The notes under the pieces are model-generated. The model did no database searches and was not told the origin of the DNA. It saw only the letters and a list, made by a program, of their open reading frames with translations. A DNA stretch of 24,007 bases, counting the filler, from an uncultured Methanosarcinales archaeon (GTDB lineage Archaea; Nanobdellota; Nanobdellia; Woesearchaeales; BS150m-G63), in the NCBI GenBank assembly GCA_964630685.1. It is 11 parts of 11 records of this genome, joined end to end, with 100 filler letters (N's around TTAATTAATTAA, not from the genome) between each part and the next. Parts side by side here need not be neighbours in the genome. Positions count along the whole stretch, not along the records: positions 17,860 to 19,177 come from CAZVVW010000031.1; positions 19,278 to 20,411 come from CAZVVW010000032.1; positions 20,512 to 21,643 come from CAZVVW010000033.1; positions 21,744 to 22,854 come from CAZVVW010000034.1; positions 22,955 to 24,007 come from CAZVVW010000035.1; 6 more parts are not named here. One strand, given 5' to 3'. A program made the translations under genes and the position numbers. Below, one piece after another: positions 18,970-24,007 of the stretch. Each line of letters begins with the position of its first letter. Position 1 is the first letter of the stretch.

Positions 18970-19041
18970 GTCCGTAGGACTAAGGAAATCCCCTAATAAA
19001 TCCAAAAACGAAGTTTTTGCTATCTGTCCTGAAAGGACTAA
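18970..19041 (+). repeat. Mini-hairpin module (one and a half units)
   Basis: [GTCC gta GGAC]-taagGAAATCCCC-tAATAAATc-[CAAAAAC gaa GTTTTTG]-cTATCT-[GTCCT gaa AGGAC]-taa. Confidence 0.75.
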
Positions 19042-19123
19042 GCGCGTCTCTCCTATTGGGTGGGAGAAAAAATATTATTTCCTATTTCTTTGTCTTTACT
19101 CTAACTTGTAGGCATTCTCAAAA

Positions 19124-19177
19124 ATTGAAACTAACGCGCGGGATAAGCATAGTTTTTGATTTTAACTTCTTAGGGCG
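19124..19177 (-). repeat. Half of a longer attC-like site, cut by the contig end
   Basis: Minus strand ...AAAATCAAAAACTATGCTTATCCCGCGC-GTTAGTTTCAAT. GCTTATCCC parallels GCTTAGCCC in the 17899 site. Confidence 0.5.
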
Positions 19178-19310
19178 NNNNNNNNNNNNNNNNNNNNNNN
19201 NNNNNNNNNNNNNNNNNNNNNTTAATTAATTAANNNNNNNNNNNNNNNNNNNNNNNNNNNNNNNNNNNNNNNNNNNNTAATAATTATTTAGTACTAATAT
19301 ACAGAATAAA

Positions 19311-19463
19311 ATGCGTGTCGTTGTAAGCAATAATCAATTTAGAATAACTCTGCCAAAGGATTTGGTAGAAGAGAAAGGCTGGAAAGCTGGAACTAAACTT
19401 CGTTTTGTTGAAGATTTAGAGGGGAATGTGCATTTGAAAGAGATAAAAAAAAGTAAGAAATAA
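19311..19463 (+). CDS. AbrB/MazE/SpoVT-family small DNA-binding protein (50 aa)
   Basis: Not in the ORF track. MRVVVSNNQFRITLPKDLVEEKGWKAGTKLRFVEDLEGNVHLKEIKKSKK matches the QFRITLPK...GW..G..L swapped-hairpin pattern. Confidence 0.8.
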   Translation: MRVVVSNNQFRITLPKDLVEEKGWKAGTKLRFVEDLEGNVHLKEIKKSKK

Positions 19464-19486
19464 ATTTATATAAGAGGTGAAATGAA

Positions 19487-20317
19487 TTGTTAAATATTTA
19501 TATAAGTAAATGGAAAATAGTATTGGTTATACTTTTTGGGGTGTTATTACTTGGGGGAGTTAGATATTTCTTAATGGGTTATTTCTCTAATGATGGTGTT
19601 GATGTGAGTTTTAAAACTCAAGAAGTGGAACTTGTCGAAGGCGAACATTTAACTGAATGTGGTGTTTTGGATAAAGTAAATACTACTTATTATCTTGATA
19701 AAAATATTGAAAGTAATGGAAGCTGTTTTGTTGTTGAAGCTGATAATGTTGTGTTAGATTGCTCAGGGTATGAGGTTAAAGATGTTGGGTTATTTAATGA
19801 TAGTGTTGGGGTGTTATCTGACGTTGGTTTTACTAGTGTAAAAAATTGTGTTATTAATAATTTTGATATTGGCGTTTATTTTAAGAGTAATAAAGGGGGA
19901 GAGTTGTTAGATAATTTACTTGAATGGAATAGGGAAGGGATTTATCTGTGGATCTCTAAAGATAATGTTGTTAGAAATAATCTTGTTAACAACAATAAAG
20001 ATTTTGGTGTTCATTTACGGCTCGCTGATGGAAATATTATTGAGGGGAATTATTTGAAAGGGGATGGATATGGTATTTACTTATCTAGTTCGAATGGAAA
20101 TAAAATTATATTAAATGAAGGTTATGAAAATAATTGGTATGGTGTGTATTTGTTTAAATCTATTGATAATCTTGTTAGTGGAAATAAATTCTGTTTGAAT
20201 AGTCACACAGATATTAGGGTTGATAGAGGAGAGGTTATGGATGGGGAAAATAATAGTTGTGAAAGTGTTTCATATTTTAATGATGTTGGAGTTGTGGGGT
20301 GTAGTTTAAGTTGTTAA
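19487..20317 (+). CDS. Membrane-anchored parallel beta-helix (NosD/CASH-like) protein
   Basis: N-terminal TM, ADNVVLDCSGY, VKNCVINNFDIGVY and GIYL/N repeats. SD GAGGTG precedes the TTG. Confidence 0.85.
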   Translation: MLNIYISKWKIVLVILFGVLLLGGVRYFLMGYFSNDGVDVSFKTQEVELVEGEHLTECGVLDKVNTTYYLDKNIESNGSCFVVEADNVVLDCSGYEVKDVGLFNDSVGVLSDVGFTSVKNCVINNFDIGVYFKSNKGGELLDNLLEWNREGIYLWISKDNVVRNNLVNNNKDFGVHLRLADGNIIEGNYLKGDGYGIYLSSSNGNKIILNEGYENNWYGVYLFKSIDNLVSGNKFCLNSHTDIRVDRGEVMDGENNSCESVSYFNDVGVVGCSLSC

Positions 20318-20319
20318 AT

Positions 20320-20411
20320 TTGAAGAATAGTATTTGGATTGTTGTATTGATTGTTTTAGTTAGTGCTGTTTATTCTATAGAAATACCTTGGCCAGATAAT
20401 GTGCCCTATGG
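20320..20411 (+). CDS. 5' fragment of a secreted protein
   Basis: TTG 2 nt after the upstream stop gives MKNSIWIVVLIVLVSAVYSIEIPWPDNVPY... (signal peptide), open to the contig end. Confidence 0.5.
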
Positions 20412-20511
20412 NNNNNNNNNNNNNNNNNNNNNNNNNNNNNNNNNNNNNNNNNNNNTTAATTAATTAANNNNNNNNNNNNNNNNNNNNNNNNNNNNNNNNN
20501 NNNNNNNNNNN

Positions 20512-20594
20512 CAGCAGGAGGCCGGTCAGTGCGAGTAGTGGTGGCAGTTTGTGGGTCAAAATTTATTGTATCCGAGTGCATGCGTTTGTTAGCC
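20512..20594 (-). repeat. Left part of a canonical bacterial-style integron attC site
   Basis: Immediately after the hsdR stop the minus strand reads GGCTAAC-AAACGCATGCACTCGGA..., an R''/L''-like arm. The matching R' arm is lost at the contig break. Confidence 0.6.
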
Positions 20595-20597
20595 ATT

Positions 20598-21643
20598 TTA
20601 TACATCAAGTGTAATCTCATTTGCAATAAGCTCTGCCTGTTTCAGCACTGTTTCTGTAGCCAGTTTCTGCATATCAGGTGGATAGCCATATTGCCTTAGT
20701 GTTCGTTTTATTATCACTTTTAACTTAGCCCTAACACTCTCTTTTATTGTCCAATCTATTGAAGCATTTTGTTTCACTCGTTCCGTCAAAACAACAGCCA
20801 ATTCTCTCAATTTATCTTTTTGCATCAGTTCTTTGGCACTTCTATTATCGGCGACTGCGGTATAAAACGCATACTCAAAATCACTTAAACCCAATTCGCT
20901 TGCTTCAGAATCCATATTAACAATTTCTTGACTCAATTTAATGAGTTCATCCATCACTTCGGCGGCGGTTAATACCTTGTTGTGGTATTTATTAATCGCA
21001 TTCTCTAACATTTCCATAAGTGATTTGCTTTTCACCAGATTTTTCTTTGAGCGTGATTTTATTTCGTCATTTAGCAGTTTTTTCAATACCTCCAAGGCAA
21101 TATTCTTATGTTCCATACCTTTGAGTTCGATTAAAAACTCTTCTGAGAGAATAGAAATATCAGGTTTTTTAATCCCTGATGCATCAAATACATCAATCAC
21201 TTGCTCAGAAACCAAGGCCTTGTCAATTACTTGACGAATGGTTGTTTCTATCTCTTCATCACTACGCCCAAAGCCTGTTGCATCAAATTTGACCAGGCGT
21301 GCTTTCACTGCCTGAAAAAAAGCTACCTCATCTTTAATATCCATCGCCTGCTCATTAGGTATGGCGATAGCAAATGACTTTGATAAAGCGGTTACTTCAT
21401 TGATAAAGCGTTTTTTGCCGTCTTCCAATCCAAGAATATGATCCTCAGCTGCCAAAATCAGGGACAGCTTTATAGCCGTATCTGCGTCAAAATAGTCCTC
21501 ATAAGCAAAACCATGAAACAGTTGTGAAACGACTTCCAGCTTCTCCAGCATAAGCTCAACAGCTTGGTCTTGCAGAATGGTTGGATCACCTTTGCCACCC
21601 GCATCAGAATAAAAAGACAGGGCTTTTTTCAAGTCAGAGGCTA
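20598..21643 (-). CDS. hsdR: Type I restriction endonuclease R subunit, C-terminal part (DUF3387-type), 5'-truncated
   Basis: KKPDISILSEEFL, LGLSDFEYAFY, SIDWTIKESVRAKL...LRQYGYPPDMQ; the frame is open to the contig edge (ASDLKKALSFYS). Confidence 0.92.
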
Positions 21644-21743
21644 NNNNNNNNNNNNNNNNNNNNNNNNNNNNNNNNNNNNNNNNNNNNTTAATTAATTAAN
21701 NNNNNNNNNNNNNNNNNNNNNNNNNNNNNNNNNNNNNNNNNNN

Positions 21744-22688
21744 AAAATGATACACAGACTGATCCCAAATTCCAAACCCCTAAAAGGTTTTGCAAAATTA
21801 GTGCCCGTTCCGTGAACACGATGTTAAAAGAGGAGAAAGGCTACAAGGAAGGTACATTTAAAGTGCGAACGATGAGCAACATTCTAAACCGTCTGGGTTA
21901 CACTTTAAAAAAACTCTAAAAATACGTCCGCTCAAAAAAATACCAGAAACAGACGCTATTTTTGATAATCTTCGTCAGGAAAATCAAGCCTCAGATAGCA
22001 ATCCTAGGTCATTGAGAATCTCTCTTGATTGCAAAGCAAAAGTGAAAGTTGGGAACTTATCCAGAGGTGGAAAATCTCGTTGCAAAGAAGCCCCGAAGGC
22101 AGATGATCATGATATGCATTGGGATGGTTCGATGGTTCCCTTGGGAATTCATGATGTTGTTGATGGTGATTTGAATTTATTTTTTGGGATCTCGAATGAA
22201 ACGTCAGATTTCATTGTAGATTGTTTGGAAATGTGGTGGGATAGAAACAAAGAACGATATTCGCATATTGAAGAATTGGTCATTAATTTGGATAATGGTC
22301 CATCACAAATGAGCAGTCGAACACAATTTATAAAACGAATGGTGAAGTTTTCCAAAAAGATAAATATACCGATTCATCTCATTTATTATCCGCCCTATCA
22401 TAGCAAATACAATCCGATTGAGCACACCTTTGGAGTCCTCGAAAACTATTGGAACGGGGCCATCCTTGATTCTGTTGATGCGGTTTTGGGATTCGCCTCT
22501 AACATGACTTATCGTAGTAAACCCCCTTCAGTTGAACTCGTTAAGGGCGAGTATCCCACAGGGGTTAAACTGAAACCAAAAGAACTAAAGCCTTTTTTGG
22601 AATCTTTCAAACACTCTTCTCATCTCCCCAAGTGGGATGTTTTAATTTCTCCATACTAAAATGTACACATTACTTCTTGTTATTGTCC
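21744..22688 (+). mobile_element. ISAzo13-family insertion sequence (left end missing)
   Basis: Transposase plus a probable right IR TTACTTCTTGTTATTGTCC ending at 22688. Confidence 0.8.
21746..22659 (+). CDS. ISAzo13-family DDE transposase with a -1 frameshift near 21904-21913
   Basis: Frame A: QTDPKFQT...LNRLGYTLKK(L*). Frame -1: TLKIRPLKKIPETDAIF...RISLDCKAKVKVGNLSRGGK...LDNGP...YYPPYHSKYNPIE. Confidence 0.85.
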
Positions 22689-22954
22689 TCAGGGGATGGT
22701 TCGTAAAATACGATCCTCCATAAAGAAAGCTGTCTGTATATTCTTTGCTGATTACACACAATCCAAAGGTATTGAAATTAGAACAAAAGGAGCAACTCTC
22801 CTTCTGGGAATTCTTTATCCCACTTTTTTGGTAACTTATTTCTTGCTAAGTCCCNNNNNNNNNNNNNNNNNNNNNNNNNNNNNNNNNNNNNNNNNNNNTT
22901 AATTAATTAANNNNNNNNNNNNNNNNNNNNNNNNNNNNNNNNNNNNNNNNNNNN

Positions 22955-23461
22955 AACCCACACAGTGATGTGTGACTGAACGGTCAGAAGTCAGCCGACG
23001 TCATAGTAGAAAGAAAATGAGCAGGTATCAGAAGTAAATCCCGAGGACTCAGCTTTCGAAGGACTGAACGTTAGGGAGTACATAACTCCGTAGAGAAAAC
23101 CAAAATGTAAACGGCAGAAAACGAGGAAACTCGCCTACCAAGGGAAAATAGAACCATAAGTTCGAATATATCGAGGAGGAGCTAGCATAAAGGATAACGC
23201 TACGAAGGAAAAAGAATGTGCACGGAAGAAGAAATTCTTTCAGAACAATAGCCTAACGGCGAAAGATTGAAATCTAAGATTTCAGCAATACTAATCTATT
23301 AGTATAACTCCTTAGTAGTTGCAATACTGCTGCATTTGCAGGGTTTACGAAGAAGATTGAAATTCCGATATACTCAACCTAACGAACCGCCGTATACGGA
23401 TCCGTACGTACGGTGGTGTGAGAGGACGGGAGGACCTAACGGTCACTCCCTCCTACTCGAT
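22955..23461 (+). ncRNA. Group II intron (class IIC-like), ORF-less, 5' end missing
   Basis: GAAGTCAGCCGACGTCATAGTA (22987-23008), GAAGGACTGAAC (23058-23069), domain V GAACCGCCGTATACGGATCCGTACGTACGGTGGTGTG (from 23384) and domain VI ending CCTACTCGAT. Only ~310 nt are available for domain IV, and they contain no RT ORF. Confidence 0.88.
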
Positions 23462-23493
23462 TATTCAAAAATTTTTACTTCGTGAAATTTTAA

Positions 23494-23910
23494 GGGGAAA
23501 GAATCAAAGAATTGAGAGAGCGAAACGAAACCGTTTTTAAAAAACTCGAAATTCTGAGTAATCCCACTCTTATCAAAAAGACGGAAGAGGAATATGAAAA
23601 AATTCAGGAAGAACTCGCTTTACTCGAATCTGAAAGGATTCAGAAGGTTTATTCTGAGGAAGATGTGAAGCGAGTAGTGAGGTTCGGTAAAAACTTCATC
23701 GAACACATCGATGAACTGGTACTTGAATCACCTGACCAGGAGACATTAGCAGGGTTTTGGGAGCTAATTTTTCCAACCCCTCCAACCCTCGCAGAAATCA
23801 AGAATCGAACACTCAAAATATCCCCTATTATAGAGCGTAAAGACTGTTTCGAAATGTCCGAAAACCGGGTGGCATCGCCAGGGGGAATCGAACCCCCGTT
23901 GCCGGAATGA
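23494..23910 (+). pseudogene. C-terminal remnant of a large serine recombinase, reading into the tRNA
   Basis: Coiled coil RIKELRER...SNPTLIKKTEEEYEKI followed by EHIDELVL...FWELIFPTPPTLAEIKNRTLKISPI. This resembles the ends of tRNA-adjacent recombinases (recognised from memory, not searched). An in-frame TAA lies at 23491 and there is no catalytic domain. Confidence 0.5.
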
Positions 23911-23944
23911 GAATCCGGTGTCCTAACCACTAGACGATGGCGAC
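23870..23944 (-). tRNA. tRNA-Glu (anticodon CTC) with encoded CCA
   Basis: GTCGCCATCGTCTAGTGGTTAGGACACCGGATTCTCATTCCGGCAACGGGGGTTCGATTCCCCCTGGCGATGCCA. Anticodon arm CCGGA-ttCTCat-TCCGG; T-loop GTTCGATTC. Confidence 0.95.
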
Positions 23945-24007
23945 TCGTCGGACATGACTCCATATCTCCGATAATTTTCTATCGAAAATGATCTCCGATA
24001 TTCCGTA

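Larger units (their letters stand above)
17910..19134 (-). mobile_element. Putative complete integron-like gene cassette (~1.2 kb)
   Basis: On the minus strand it starts G/TTAGTTTC (19135) and ends GAAACTAAC...G/TT (17934-17908). The two 9-mers are perfectly complementary, as expected for R'/R'' of a circularised cassette. It contains one gene. Confidence 0.55.

Noticed and set aside
11254..19177. Hairpin modules as a CRISPR array or DGR TR/VR pair
   Set aside because: There are no identical direct repeats with regular spacers, no cas or RT gene, and no long repeat pair differing only at adenines.
19311..20317. AbrB gene as the antitoxin of a TA pair
   Set aside because: The downstream gene is a beta-helix surface protein, not a toxin, and the upstream context is missing.
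11525..21643. hsdS/hsdM and hsdR as one type I R-M locus
   Set aside because: They are on different contigs with different composition and apparently different subfamilies; there is no evidence of linkage.
23467..23491. GAA-loop hairpin in the intron 3' flank resembling CTTTTAC-gaa-GTAAAAG, suggesting a IIC-attC link to the cassette system
   Set aside because: The stem is imperfect and AT-rich, the conserved linkers are absent, the 3' exon does not fit GT/TRRRY, and the contig looks to be from another organism.
5394..23963. Track ORFs at 5394, 9009, 9380, 9445, 9864, 13394, 14897, 17374, 19017, 20941, 22149, 22696 and 23649
   Set aside because: They overlap better-supported genes, repeats, the tRNA or N linkers, and have no recognisable motifs.

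Overview
This window is not one locus. It is 11 contigs joined by artificial 100-nt linkers (44 N + TTAATTAATTAA + 44 N) and ordered by decreasing length: 1-8676, 8777-11409, 11510-13071, 13172-14689, 14790-16264, 16365-17759, 17860-19177, 19278-20411, 20512-21643, 21744-22854 and 22955-24007. Adjacency across linkers has no meaning. Contig 1 is archaeal: it has a class I CCA-adding enzyme and BRE/TATA promoters. Its gene content suggests a DPANN lineage such as Woese- or Pacearchaeota (inference). It carries a very large beta-helix surface protein downstream of a tandem-HTH regulator with a duplicated promoter/operator, plus DUF368, a MaoC-like protein and a CPA1 antiporter. The most interesting signal is on contigs 2, 5, 6 and 7. 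Each carries orphan genes next to one family of non-coding elements: a GTTA-N4-CAAT core resembling an integron attC R' site. Two copies are unusually short AAC...GTT hairpins. Three of the contigs also carry a covarying double-hairpin module with GNA-type loops. Contig 7 holds an apparently complete ~1.2 kb cassette whose ends are complementary and whose flanks share four inverted boxes. Together this suggests an integron-like gene-cassette system in an archaeon, although no integrase is visible. The other contigs hold type I R-M genes (hsdS/hsdM; hsdR followed by a bacterial-style attC), surface proteins, an AbrB-family gene, a frameshifted ISAzo13 transposase, an ORF-less group IIC intron, a serine-recombinase remnant and tRNA-Glu(CTC). 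The last three contigs look bacterial.
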